DNA from: Octopus sinensis
Lineage: Eukaryota
Assembly (NCBI RefSeq): GCF_006345805.1
Contig: NC_043004.1
Span: 68,820,001-68,884,000, forward strand
DNA length: 64,000 bases
Reading direction: 5' to 3'
This document shows, one piece after another, positions 1 through 13,401 of the stretch (its first letter is position 1; every line of letters starts with the position of its first letter). Below the pieces are notes generated by a model. The model saw only the letters and a program-made list of their open reading frames with translations, was not told where the DNA came from and made no database searches. Position numbers and translations under genes: made by a program.

Positions 1-599
1 TATTTACTTTTAAGAGAATATTTCTACAATTACATTATCCAGTATCCTTCTACTTTCGAAGGTTCTAAGACATAACTTGACTGCTGTTCTTTGCATTTTG
101 AGCTTCTTGACTGGCTCATTGACATTGTTCTCTACATTCAAGGAAGCTTTGACATAATATATCAATACCCATGAAAAAGGCATTCCAGCCATGAGCATCC
201 GTTTTCTTTTTCTTTTGTTTTTCTTTTTTCTTTTTTCTTTTTTCTTTTTCAGATATTATACATAGGAATAGATTTGAGACAGATTCGACCAAGTAGAGGC
301 TCTTTCATTGGACGACCCTCTGTGGTGGTTGATATTATTATTATTATTTAGCCTTTGGTCAGACTTGATCAAGCAGACCTATCATCAAAGGTATTCCAGC
401 CATGACCCTACCACTATTTTCCAAACGAATCTTATTCAGTATAGATTATTGTGTTCTTTTTTATGAATGAGAACAGAGCGTAATTTGAGGGAGATTTGCT
501 GCCATCTCTAGCAGCTCATGTAAAGACATCCTGTTTTTCGTACGGATAGCCTCTACATGATCTATACAGAACCGGAATTGGCCAGTACTAGTAGTAAAT

Positions 600-895
600 T
601 CCTCATCGTCGTCGTCGTCATCAGCACCTCCACCACCATCATCACTATCATCATCATCATCACCATCATCACTATCATCATCATCACCATCATTATCATC
701 ATCATCGTCATCCTCATCACCATCATCACCATCATCATCGTCATCATATCGTCATCATCGCCGTCGTTGTCTACTTCATCATGATCTTCATGATCATTGT
801 AACGACCATCATCATCGCGTTCGTCACCATCATGGCCATCACCATTATCACCATCGTCATCATGATGAGCATCAATGACAACAACCACATCGAAT
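600..895. repeat. Degenerate (ATC)n/(CAT)n trinucleotide microsatellite
   Basis: Visible CAT/CAC/CGT triplet run; explains the poly-Ile and poly-Met/Asp ORFs 557..784 and 562..915. Confidence 0.95.
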
Positions 896-898
896 AAA

Positions 899-1025
899 CA
901 AGCGAGCCTATACAAGCGAGCCTAAGCAAGCGATCCTATGCAAGCGAGCCTATGCAAGCGAGCCTAAGCAAGCGAGCCTATACAAGCGAGCCTATACAAG
1001 CGAGCCTATACAAGCGAGCCTATAC
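899..1025. repeat. 14-bp minisatellite, ~9 copies (CAAGCGAGCCTATA)
   Basis: Unit CAAGCGAGCCTA(T/A)(A/G) read directly in tandem. Confidence 0.9.
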
Positions 1026-1424
1026 CTGGTCGTTCGATCGCGTACAAAATGTTTTTCAGCTCACAGCTTACCCACTTAGAAGACAAGAAGAGACATTTAA
1101 CGTTCTCATAGATATTCAAAAGAAAGATAGAATGGTCAAAGCGGAAATTGCTTTGATCGTAGGCCTATTCGATGAGGGTTCATTTGATGGTGGCTAAACA
1201 GCAGCAACAACAACAGCAAAAACAACGACGACGGCGACGTCGGCGACGGCGGTGATGGCCATGACAACGACAACAACAGCAGTAGCAATAACAACAACAA
1301 CAAACAACAAAGTTGATATTAGAGTTAAAGAAACCTGAAACGAGGAATTATCAATTAAGAATATCTTTGAGAAATTAGCTTCGTCAAAGATTTTTCAGAA
1401 AGACGTCAGCGGTCATGGGAACTG

Positions 1425-1710
1425 GACAAGAAGAAGGAGAAGAAGAAGAAGAAGAGAAGAAGAAGAAGAAGAAGAAGAAGAAGAAGAAGAAGAAGAAGAA
1501 GAAGAAGAAGAAGAAGAAGAAGATGGAAGAAGAAGAAGAAGAAGAAGAAGAAGATGGAAGAAGAAGAAGAAGATGGAAGAAGAAGATGGAAGAAGAAGAA
1601 GATGGAAGAAGAAGATGGAAGAAGAGAAGAAGAAGAAGAAGAAGAAGAAGAAGAAGAAGAAGAAGAAGAAGAAGAAGAAGAAGAAGAAGAAGAAGAAGAA
1701 GAGGGAAGAA
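1425..1710. repeat. (GAA)n microsatellite with GATG interruptions
   Basis: Direct reading; gives poly-E/K/R ORFs. Confidence 0.95.
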
Positions 1711-2299
1711 GGGGAAGAGGAGTTGGTCAGATGAATGGTTTATCATATGTGTGTAGAGGGAGAGAGGGAAGGAAGAAGAGAGTCTGGGTGGAAGACTTGA
1801 CGAAGCAGTTATATGTATTTGAATGAAGTCCGAAGTATGGAGAGGTGAAGTATTGGTCCAGAAAGAAAGGTATGATTTGATATGAAGATCAAATGAAATC
1901 GAAGAGAAATGATTAAATACGAGAAAAACACTTGTTCCTGGCCAGCTTGTGACGTACGCTTCGTCTTTAAGTTGTCTTCATTTCCAATTAAACCAACACC
2001 ACATCAACTGATCAAACCGCGGGACGAAGAAAGTAAAGAATAAGAGAGAAATAACGCGATAACGTTGATGATGATGATGATAATATTTTCTACATTAACC
2101 ACTACGAGTTTACAAAAGCATCGAAGACGGTACGGGACAATATAATGAGGGGGTAAATAAAAGCGTGTAGCAGAAACAAATATTTCAAACAAGATTTCCG
2201 AGGACTGCTCGTGGAGAACGCACAAAATCATGGTCTCCCTGACCACTGGGGCATGCACCCTCTTCTCATCTTTCTCCCTCAATATACATACGCATACAC

Positions 2300-3950
2300 A
2301 GAGCAGGACAGTTAATTCTGACTATCCTTGCCGCTTTTATCTACCATTCAACAAATTTGCTGAAAAGAGCATTTCCTTCTCCAACCTCATTTTCCTTTTC
2401 AAGTACAACTTAAAAAACTGAAGGCTTGTCCAAATTGGTTTCAGACCTTTCAATTTCACCCACCACAAAACCACTTTCTCTAAATCCACCAAACAGATAA
2501 ACACTGCTTGTCCTTCCTGGACAAAAGAAGGCGACGTAACAGCAGGTGTTCAACATAATTCCACATGTCAGAAATGCTAGGTCATTAAGCGAGTGAGTAC
2601 AAAACAGTTTCATCGCTCTGTGCACATATCGAGCCGACCCGATTAACGGTGTTTCCATGCGTGTAGAATTTATCTCTACAGGCATGAAAGTTCAAAGTCC
2701 CATCCCATCCCGTCCCCACGCTGATTGCACTGACAAGCCAGAGATTTCTGGAAGTAATCCATGAACCGCATCACGAAAGCATTCCAGAACAGACCAGCCA
2801 GTTGATTCTTGTCAGTGCTCAGTGTCTCCCCTAAAATGTCGTCGACCTCGTCTGCCACTAACCCTCGACAGAAAACTAAAATGGAACTCCCACCGACTGC
2901 ATTCCCGACTGGCAGAGGGCAGCGAGCATCTAACGACACTAGATACCAGGCACCCTGTGTCGGTCTACACTTGATTTAGGACTACAGCTCAAAGAGACGA
3001 GTTACGAAAAAGTGAGTCTAACATTGACGTCGTCCGTGTATATCAACACGGTTCTTCCACATCCTAGTACACACGGGATGCCCCTCAACTTCTCTTGTTT
3101 TTGCAACAGGACATAAGTGTCAGTACATACAGAAGAGTTGGGAGGAGATGACTTTAACAGACAGAGCGTATGATACTGAATGGTTGGGTATTCATTTTAA
3201 CCACCGAGAAAATTTGCTGTGAATTGTGGAAATCCAACCACGAAAGGTGGGCCCAAACCGGCTGCTGTAAGAAAAGCTGTGATTCTTCCTGAGCAATCAA
3301 CCGAAGCCCTGATGAAAAGTCATGCAGCTCTGCATCATATAGTGGAACTTATAACGCTTTTTTATTGGGTTTCACTAGTTTTATCGAGAAACTGATCATA
3401 GGTTCTAGTTTTTAATCCTTAGCCAATGGGGCTAGTGCACATGGCGTTAGGGCATGTCCATACGCCCGTGAGATTGTGTAATACATATGTAGGGACCAGC
3501 TTTCATTTAGTTAAGTCTTGGTTGCATTTTAGTTGAGTCTTGACTGCACTTCCATGCCTGTAGTGTTTATCTCGGATCGGCAATGCCTCCCACCCCACCT
3601 CTGGTACTACTGCCAGACCAAAAGTTTCTAGAAATTGTCCTTAGGCCCCGGCCCGAAGGTCTTCCGAAACAGACCAACAAGTTGATTCTCGTCGACACCC
3701 TGAGTTACCCCGAGAACGTTGTCGCACTTTCTCGCCACTAACCCTCTATAGAACAACAGAGTTGAACTTCCACCAACCACATTGCTTGACTGACAGAGTG
3801 TCTGGCGACACTCTAGGTACAGGTGCCCTGCTTTAGTCTACGCTTAATTCTGGACTGCAACTCAATCAAATAAATGAGCCGTGGAAAATCTTGTCTGACA
3901 AACGGCGACCATATCTCCTTACCGTCAAGAAGGCATTTGTGATGTCGTAG
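2300..3950 (-). mobile_element. Degenerate Tx1-clade LINE ORF2 3' fragments
   Basis: Minus-strand translations resemble the ORF2 C-terminus of the 53-59 kb element (FCRGLVADEVDDILGE; VTSPSFVQEGQAVFICLVDLEKVVLWWVKLKGL; KLYLKRKMRLE). Several pieces with stops and frameshifts. Confidence 0.75.
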
Positions 3951-4345
3951 CCGCAGCACATGTCAGATAAAGGCCAAATCGCAGCTTACCAGCAAATAAA
4001 CAATGCATGTACGTTAAGTATATGTGGCCGATAATATTTATCACACTAGCGCTCCTTCTAAGTCACATTGGAATTTATTCTTACTTATGCATTGTCCGGG
4101 CATACTAGTACATAATTTTCACACTATATGCATATAAGTCGTGGTCTGGCGATATGATTCATCTCCGATCCAGTTTGTGTATGTGATGTTGATAAACCAC
4201 ATAAACGGACAAAACATTGATGTCCATCACTCCTGGATGGGATTTGGGGTGAGTTATCTTATCAGTTGATTCAGATAATCCCTATGGAGACAGTTATAAA
4301 AACCTTCTCCTATTACAAACGGGCATATTGAGTGAGAAATGGAAG

Positions 4346-4416
<71 letters not shown>

Positions 4417-4681
4417 ATTGTTGTATTTAGGAATGGTCATTTTGCCAGTTTAGCCAATAAAAACACACGCACTATATATTTGGTGTTACTTAGCTTAAGC
4501 GTTATTTATTTTTTACATTAATCTTAATCTTATTTTTGCCAGAGTTCTTTCATCACACTCCTGTGACCGCATCAGTGGTCCTTTGCTTTCTTCTTTCTTA
4601 TTTGTGTGTCTCTCCTTACCGTCAGCTATTTTGTATTTCTCTATGCATATATCTCTACGTGCGTGTGTACATTTAAGTATA

Positions 4682-4954
4682 GTCCGGTTACAGAATGATC
4701 AATGGTTTCGCATTCATAAAGGACTTAGTCCTATGGACAGCTCGTTAGACTCTAAAGCCGAAGGCCATACAGTTTTTCGAACCTCGGAGGTAGAAATCCG
4801 TTATGGTCAGTTAGTAAGTAAAAAAGGAAGAAACTTACTGAAAAAAAAGAAGAAACATATTAACTAACTAATCGTAACGGATTTCTACCTCCGAGGTTTG
4901 AAGAACCATAAGCCCTTTACGGATGCGAAACCATTGGTCATTTTATGACCGGAC
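4682..4954. mobile_element. MITE-like element with outer and inner inverted repeats
   Basis: Outer IR 4682-4713 vs 4923-4954 and inner IR ~4775-4815 vs ~4862-4905, each with a few mismatches; no coding capacity. Confidence 0.6.
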
Positions 4955-5599
4955 ATACATTTCAAAGATGAAGCTTTGTTAGAAATAAGCTCCCTCAGAA
5001 GAAAGAATTTAAATGATTAAATATAGAAGAGACGTACATACATATAGACATACATAAAATTTACATCAACAAACCACTGAATGAAAGAATAATTATGACT
5101 GTATTCCACCAAAAACCTACCAACTTGATATCATAACTCTGGAACCTTGAGTGCCCTATTGCAGAGTTATTATCATTCGTCAACAGATGGGAATAACAGA
5201 TGTTGTGCAGAATGAGCAAACGCAATCATAATGCGTCAACCCTCTTTAAAAAAAATATCAATAGATATACCTGGACAATTAGATAATATCATTAAATGTA
5301 AACTGAATAAATGCATAAACCACCAGCTGCGACTTCATGATCGATTATCCGAAGTTTACAGTAGCTGTGGACCATTAAATACAATCGGCTCCTCTTCCCT
5401 TAAAATGAGCTTGTGTTATTTTAGAGTAAGGATCAACAATGAAGCAACGTGGTTAAATGAGGAGCGAGGCGGAGAATAGGGCACAGTGTTAAAATGTTTC
5501 TCCTGAAACATATATCACCGATGAAACTTTTTACCAAATTATCGAATGCAGACCTGTTAGTTGGCTATTGGTAGAGAAAGCTTGTTCTATATGGTATCC

Positions 5600-6783
5600 T
5601 TCGTCAAACTGTTCAAAAGAGCAGAGAGCACTGAATTCAAAATGCTACATTAGCTGATAGCTACAACTCACTTACCTAAGAACCAAAAGAGACATGTAAC
5701 TAAAACCTACATAACATGCCAAAATAAGCACTACTAAGGGCAGCAAGGAAAGAGGGGCACCATCTCTTCAATGGCGCGGGGTTGGCAGCCACACTACCGC
5801 ATAGATGGATTTACCATTGAAATGAAGAAATGAATTAAATTTATTGCTATCTTCTAATTCTAATGCAAAAATGACTAATTTCCAGGGTTGTGGTTTGACT
5901 TTTCTGCTGATCCTGTCGCTTACTGGATCACTTGAGGACCCAGTAACTGTCAACACCACAATGGGCCATTTGATAAGTCTTACCGTCACTTTACTGGCGG
6001 GAAACCAGTAAGGTATTGTTCACAGAAGCTCTTTATTGGCACAAAAGCTAATGGTGAAAAATACGAGAGAGAATGGTTACTGTATTCAACAGAGAGACAA
6101 AGAATTTTTTATATAGAGAGATAAATAATATTGCTTTATATATATATGATTCACTTCTTTAAAAAAAGTTTTTCAATGGCAACTTCCGGTATTAACGTAG
6201 CTAAGGCGAAATTTTCCGTTTTCATTTGCGAAACCTCTCATGAATTAATGAATAAGATTCCAACAGTCATTAAGGAGTACAAATCAATTGATTCAGTCCT
6301 TGATGAAAATCAAGCTGTCCATTGCACAACAGAGTTCCTTAATCCTCTTGAGCCACCTGGAACTCCTCCACTTAAACTTTTTCTGAAGGTAGGAGTCTTA
6401 ATAATGCTTCTACGAAATTTAGATCCTCATAAATTATGCAATGGGACAAGGTTGATTATGAAGACATTATCACGTAATGTGATAGAAGCTACTGTGGATG
6501 TGCCCCTGGGGAAGAGGTTCCATTCCAAGAATTCCAACCAAACCAATAGACATGCCATTTGAGTTCAAACGAACACAATTCCCAGTTCGACTTTGAAATC
6601 TTGCACTTAATTGAGCCTTGCTTTTCTCATGGTCAGCTTTACGTTGGTTGCTCCAGAGTTGGTAGTTTTCAAGACCTTATTTGTCTATTCTCCAAATCAG
6701 AAAACAATAATTTCCTTTAACATCTGATATAACTTATCTTCCTTAATAGGAGTGACAAATTTTGTATTTTCGCTTTATTATTA

Positions 6784-6863
<80 letters not shown>

Positions 6864-7036
6864 TTCTTTTGTATTATGAATTCAGAATTGATTTCCCAAT
6901 TGGTGAATGAATTGTATCCCAATAAAAGAATAAATTGAATTTAGAATAACAATTTTCTATACAACATATTTTGCTTTTTTCTTCCAATATATAAGGAAAA
7001 ATTTAATTCCCGGGCAACGCCGGGTGCCTCTTCTAG
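5600..7036 (+). mobile_element. Degenerate Helitron (PIF1-like helicase remnant and intact 3' end)
   Basis: ORF 6131..6562 has TEFLNPLEPPGTPP...KVGVLIMLLRNL...LCNGTRL; upstream remnant VTLLAG; 3' hairpin CCCGGGCAACGCCGGG (~7009-7024) followed by CTAG (7033-7036) then T. Confidence 0.85.
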
Positions 7037-7586
7037 TATACATATATATGTACGCGCGCGTTCGCAACCTGACTTATGTAAGTGTTATGTAAATATTATG
7101 CATAGAACACGTATAATGTTTATTATTTGACTATATATTGATTGCAAATGCGTTGTGTCAACTGAAGAGCAAATAATTTTGGAGAATAAGTGTCGAGAAA
7201 GGAAAATGTTGTATGCTCTGTTTTGCAAGACCAAATTTTCATTTAGAATTGCGTTTTTCCCCCTTAACCAACATCTCTCTTTCAGTCACTCTGCCTGTCT
7301 GTTCCTTTGTCTGTCTGTCTGTCCTCTGTGTCTCTCCCTTTCAGTTTTCATCTGTCTATCCATCTATCTATCTTTTTATATGTCTATGTATATTCTTTTA
7401 TTCTTTTATTTGCTTCAGTCATTTGACCGCGGCCATGCTGAAGCATCGTCTTAAATATTTTTTATTAATATTTAGCAGAAGCAATAGAATGACTAAAGAG
7501 CAGGGAGTTTCGTGCCTTGGCACTTATCAAACTTTTTATAACATATTAAGAAAAAATCTATCTATCCCTAACTATCTATTTGTGCA

Positions 7587-7589
<3 letters not shown>

Positions 7590-7622
<33 letters not shown>

Positions 7623-7790
7623 TGTATGTATGTATGTATGTATGTCTGAATGTATGTATGTATGTATGTATGTCTGAATGTATGTATGTATGTATGTATG
7701 TATGTATGTATGTATGTATGTATGCATGTATGTATGTACGTATGTATGTATGTATGTATGTATGTATGTATGTACGTATGTATATATGTA
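7590..7790. repeat. (TATG)n microsatellite
   Basis: Direct reading. Confidence 0.95.
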
Positions 7791-8399
7791 ATGTATATGG
7801 TTGACCAAAAGCCACCCGACAATAAATCAAAATTCCTTAAATACTATCTGTAATTCTGTATTGATTCGAATGGAAAAATGTATCACTCAAGAAGGACTTC
7901 GGTTTGAATAATTGTCATGATGTTTCATATTTAGATGTTTTTATCAAATTCATTCAGTTGTCAACTGTTGCTTCCGCTAAATATTCAGAAAAAAATCTCT
8001 CCATCTATCTCTATCTAAAAAAAAACGTATAGTAAATGCACAGACAAACGGAAAACAGATACAGAATGGCAAGTTGAAAGACAGTAAACTCACAGACGAA
8101 CGGAAAACAGACGCAGAAGGTCCCCAACTCTTCATCAGTTATCGGCCAGAGAGTCAAATGCAATTTCGCGCGTTTAACGATAATATTGATCCCCTTTGGT
8201 GGCGACCGGCAAGAAGGCTATCGGGAAATGGGACCAAAGTGTAACAGAACGAATATGGACAAACAATAAATGGATAAACAAGCAATATGCGAGACGACCA
8301 CCAAAATGGCCATGCAAAAGTTTTCGGTCACCTCACATAAACCAATCAAGATACAGTGTTTTAAATCAGAATAATGTCTATAATAAAAATTTGTTTATT

Positions 8400-8850
8400 T
8401 CAAGAAGTTACTGTACATTGTTAATATATTTCGTGTGGCTTCCTTTAGCTTGAATAATTGCTTCAATGAGCCTAGGAAGAAATGCGTACAAATTCTTCAT
8501 CATCTTCACAGGTACGATATGTCATTCTCTGTGGCTGAGCTCCTACAATTCTTCAAGTTTGCGTGGATCCTTCTGACGGACTCTTCTCTTTAGTTCTATC
8601 CACATTTGCTCGATAATATTTAAGTCAGGGCTCTGAGCTGGCCAATCTTTCAATACAGTAACACCTTTATCAGCCAGACTCTGTTGTGTTGCACGTGATC
8701 GGTGGCATAGAGTTCCATCATGCTGAAAAATCTCACTTTCATCCAAGTCTGCTATCAAATTGTCCATCAGCAACTGGATGTCTTTGGCACTATTCAAGTT
8801 ACCGTCAGTTTTAACCAACTTTCTTGAACCATCACTTTTTATGTATCCCC
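8400..8850 (-). mobile_element. Tc1-family transposase remnant (C-terminal DDE region)
   Basis: ORF 8543..8818: FQHDGTLCH...WPAQSPDLNIIEQMWIELKRRV. Confidence 0.85.
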
Positions 8851-8937
8851 ACGTGTAACGTGGGTCGTCTCTCCTAATAAGCGAGAATTTGTTAGAAGGC
8901 CTCCAGGAAAGCGAAACTACCCATGTTACATATATGC

Positions 8938-9049
<112 letters not shown>

Positions 9050-9295
9050 CAGACATGTGTGGAAAATTTCAACAATATATAAATGAAAAACGCGATTGCA
9101 AATCAAGATTATCATGAGGAGCTTCTCTTTTATTCAACTACTGAATCAGAATGTCACTTCTAAGGAAGAAATACAATCAATGAGTTCTGAAGACAGAACA
9201 TTTCTGTAACATTTCCGACTAGAATTTTAAATATTTACTTTTTAAAATATTTACTGAGAAGATATAGAAAAATATAGAAAAGATATACTCTTTTT

Positions 9296-9698
9296 TTTTT
9301 TACTTGTTTCAGTCATTTGAATGCGGCCATGCTGGAGCACCGCCTTTAGTCGAGCAAATCGACCCCCGGGACTTATTCTTTGTAAGCCCAGTACTTATTC
9401 TATCGGTCTCTTTTGCCGAACCGCAAAGTGACGGGGACGTAAACACACCAGCATCGGTTGTCAAGCAATGCTAGGGGGACAAACACAGACACACAAACAC
9501 ATACACACACACATATATATATATATACATATATACGACGGGCTTCTTTCAGTTTCCGTCTACCAAATCCACTCACAAGGCTTTGGTCGGCCCGAGGCTA
9601 TAGCAGAAGACACTTGCCCAAGATGCCACGCGGTGGGACTGAACCCAGAGCCATGTGGTTGGTTAGCAAGCTACTTACCACACAGCCACTCCTGTGCC
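9296..9698 (-). mobile_element. tRNA-derived SINE, family B (GGAGTGGCTGTGTGGTAAG... head)
   Basis: Reverse complement of the element at 22241-22655, 40508-40915 and 42519-42906; Pol III A/B-box-like head. Confidence 0.85.
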
Positions 9699-9794
9699 TA
9701 TGTGGAGTTTAAATATAAGAGTGAGTGACTATCAAATCTCGCAGTCGAAACCTAAGTTATTTACAACCAAATCAATTCCCTCTCTCTCTCTCTC

Positions 9795-9842
<48 letters not shown>

Positions 9843-10298
9843 TCTCTCTGTGTTTTTCTTTTATCAATACCTGAGCCTTCTTTTTGTTCGTTTGTTTATT
9901 TTTCCTCTTTTCTCTTTACTTCTTTCTGCTATGTTTATTTTCTTTGTTTTCTTCTATCAGACATTTTCTTTCTCACTTCCTTTCCTTCTTTCTTTCTATT
10001 GTATTTTCTCGCTTACCTTTCTTTTTCTTGTTCTTCTTTCTTTCTTCTTTCTTCATATTTTCTCGGTTCGATTTATTACCTTCCTACATTTTCATTTTAT
10101 TCCTATCAGTTTTCACAGAACTTTCGAACAGGTCAAAACCTCTGTTTCTACACATCATCATTTTCCTAATTACCACCCTCTCTCTACACCAACTTACTAT
10201 CTCTTTCTCATTCTTAATTTTTCTACCTGTCTTCAATCTCCTATGTACACCTCTCTCTCGCTTTCTTAAGTCGAAACTTAAGTTATTTACAACCAAAT

Positions 10299-10355
<57 letters not shown>

Positions 10356-10444
10356 CGCATACAAGCATACACATACGCACACACACACACATTCTTCCAT
10401 CAACCAAGAAACTCCATTCTCACTGAAACAAACCGGACTTCACA

Positions 10445-11084
10445 ATGAGAATGACACTAAAACACCTCTTTGTTCTGTGTATAATTAGTACTTCCATAGG
10501 GATTTATATTTTAAGTCACATACGATTGTACAAGCTATGCAGATTACATGAAAACATGAAAATAAAACAACGAGTCTATGGCCCATTGAAAATCACCAAC
10601 GAGGATACATGGAAAGTAAAAACTGCTGCTCAGAAGTTGCTACACATGATACTGGAAAGTGATAGCACCTTTTCCTTGTTAGGATTTGATGGACCTTTGG
10701 AACGCATGGATTTACTTTGTTGGATGTATCTATCGCAGACGGCCACAAAACGCGGTTTGAAAGCAAACAGCAGCGATTGTTTGCAACCTCCGCCTGGAAA
10801 AGAATGGAAAACGGTACCCAAAAACGTATTTTATATAATTTATGGAGCATACAATTTCACGTTTTTGAATTACATGAGTGCGTTCAGCATCCGACGAGTA
10901 ATACCTGATGCTAATATCTATGTGATTGGTGATCAAAGCCCGATAGGGTTTTGGTGGAGAAAATTGCTTGAAGACGTACGCGGTGTTAAAATTGTGTATA
11001 GGACGAGACCACAAAGAATATTTAACCAAACAATAAAAATAAAGCCACATGCTACCGATGTTATACGACTGCAGATTCTGATAT
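10445..11084 (+). CDS. Exon 1 of family-32 (DxD) alpha-1,4-glycosyltransferase-like type II membrane protein
   Basis: ATG 10445; N-terminal hydrophobic anchor (LFVLCIISTSIGIYIL); VPKNVFYI...FLNYMSAFS...P.GFWW...HATDVIRLQIL motifs; GT donor at 11085 (ATAT|GTACGT), phase 1 (213 codons + 1 nt). Confidence 0.85.
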
Positions 11085-11539
11085 GTACGTACATATATTT
11101 CTTTAATTCTATGCTTAAATAGTTGTCTTTCATTATTTAACGCCTGTCTGTCTATATATCTGTCTGTCTGTTATTCCAACATAACTCTGATATAACTAAA
11201 AATCCACATGCTTCCGATGTTACATGAATGTAGATTCTGGTATGTACGTATATGTATTTCTTTAATTTTATATTTTTATAAATGTCTTCCATTATTTGTT
11301 ACCTGGCTGTTTATATATCTGTCTGTTATTTCAACATATCTCTGGTTTTGTTTCGCTTTCCCGGTTTTTGTATCTTATACAGAATTGAAGTTATTGACTA
11401 GTTTCCAAAGCGAGCGCACTCACACGCAAATAACATTTGTGTTCCTTACCTATTTTCCCCTTTCGTTCCAACGTTGTGTAGTGTTACTACTGAAAGAGAA
11501 GTCCTCAACTCTTTGCTGGTCGGTTTCTTCTGAGACTTA

Positions 11540-11990
11540 CTGTTACACTTCTGGATCTTCGGTCTTCCACCACGAATTTCATAGATTTCCTTAGGTCTTA
11601 AGTTAAATTCAGACGCCTATGTGAAGCTGCTGGAGACTGTTCAATTTCTGGATGTAAGGGGCTGTGTATAGCAGCAGGTTTCTACTCCTTTCCATAGCGC
11701 CGGAAAGTGTCAGAAGTAGTTGTCAGAGAATTTCTACAATTTCACCAACCCCAATTTCTAGTCTTCTAATTCTCCCGTTTGTAATTCAATAAATTACTAT
11801 ATTTTGGGCGCGGTTGAGAGATGCATCAACTGTTCTGACTGCAACACTAAGGCCGAGCTGGTGGTTTAAGATCAAGGATATGTTCATTGATTTCTCAATG
11901 GACACAGGGAGGAACGCATGCGCCAGGTTCCAGAGCCTGTGGCTATGGTAGAAGTTGATGAGAGCTACTTGGAGTAATCATAATCTAGTT
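11540..11990 (+). mobile_element. Degenerate Tc1/mariner (possibly DD37D/maT-like) transposase 3' remnant
   Basis: Frame-broken remnants resembling LNSDAYVKLLETV, QQ...SAP.H, NP..YYILGAVER and RNACARFQS...YLE*. Confidence 0.55.
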
Positions 11991-12167
11991 AAAACTAGTT
12001 AAATGTTTTGAAAAATAATTTTGATTCTGTATGGGATAGTGTTCTTTCTTTTCCTTTTGCACAAATTGTGAAATCTAACTCGAACTCTCTGTATACATAC
12101 ATATACATACACAATACATACATAGCTAATCTTTTCATTACAACCCCCCCTACACACACACAAGTAC

Positions 12168-12219
<52 letters not shown>

Positions 12220-12249
12220 GAAATTTATATAAATAATAATAAATGCGCC

Positions 12250-12492
12250 CTTTTAAAGCCTAGCCAGGCTCATGGGCCCGGTTTCCCGATTTCTCTAGCA
12301 TATGTGTTCCTCGGCTGGATGGGACGCCAGTCCATCGCAGCGTTACTCATTTTTGCCAGTTGAATGGACTGGAGCAACGTGAAATGAAGTGTTTTGCTCA
12401 AGAACACAATGCGTCGCCCGGTCCAGGAATCGAAACCACAAAACTTACGATTATGACACTGACACCCAAACCAGTAAGCCACGCACCTCCAC
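12250..12492 (-). mobile_element. tRNA-derived SINE, family C
   Basis: Minus-strand head GGAGGTGCGTGGCTTA...GGTTTCGATTCC then TGTGTTCTTGAGCAAAACACTT; similar copies at ~34340 and ~45425. Confidence 0.7.
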
Positions 12493-13341
12493 AGTTGAAA
12501 TTTATAGAAAAAACAAAAACAAAGACAAGTATATAAACAACAAGCATGTGTATTAATTTGACGCTCGGGAAAATGAAAAAGTCTTTCATGTTTCGAACTT
12601 ACACTCTTCAATAGAAAGGAATAAGAGAAAATAAACAAATTCAACCATTGTACTTTAGTTCACACAAGTGCAGTTCTGGGGATACTTCTTTAGAAGAACA
12701 AAATTTCCTTAAGAATGTCTCCTCGCTTCAGTATTTTTCAATGTCTTCCTGGAAAATGCCTTCCAGAAAAATATCTAGGAATTGCATATTTAGGAGATAA
12801 ACAATTCCAACACTTTCACTTTCATTGGAGGAAAAGCATTTGCAATCAGCTGATGATATCAGCATAATAAGAGGCAGTGATGCAAAATTCTAGAAACTCA
12901 CCAAGAGGTGAAGAAGAGCACCAGGGACAGATGAAATGGATGTTAGTTCAGAACAGATTCTAATCAATTGTAGCCACAGCCAAAATATAGTAATCAACAT
13001 CATACTGAATTTGAAGAAGAGAATAACTCAATTTAAATGGTTCAGATTTACTTTGAGCAAGGATCACAGTTTACTTAAGGAGTCAAAAGAAATATTTGGC
13101 CTGGTCTCTTCTAATATGCTGGGACTGTCTGTCATACAGAAAGACAGTTTCAACAATGTCTCCTTGATTCAACCCACAAAGAGAGAGGATGAAAAACATT
13201 TGTACATTTCAGCGATCCAGAAGGGTACAATGATAATACCATCATTGCTAGAAATAGAAGTCAAAAATAATTCAAAACCACTGTAATTAGAAAGGGTCAA
13301 CTTACCATTAGCGATTGAGAATCGCGAATGAGTTACAGACG

Positions 13342-13401
13342 TACTCATAGCACATGATTTCAGGCCCTGGTGAACAAACACTTAGCCTTCCTCAGTGAGT
13401 A
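13342..13401 (-). ncRNA. Type I hammerhead-ribozyme-like motif (Penelope-like-element type)
   Basis: Minus strand reads UACUCA CUGAGGA AGGC-(19 nt)-GCCU GAAA UCAUGUGC UA UGAGUA: 6-bp stem I, core CUGANGA/GAAA/UH, 4-bp stem II, minimal stem III with one mismatch. Confidence 0.6.

Noticed and set aside
557-1826. Long poly-I/M/D/E/K/R ORFs
   Set aside because: Translations of (ATC)n and (GAA)n microsatellites; all frames are open because the repeats lack stops.
6131-6562. Host PIF1 helicase gene
   Set aside because: Fragmentary, with stops upstream and a Helitron hairpin-CTAG end downstream.
9694-10426. Hydrophobic multi-pass membrane protein ORFs
   Set aside because: Produced by a T/C-rich low-complexity tract (Phe/Leu/Ser) with (CT)n; no family motif.
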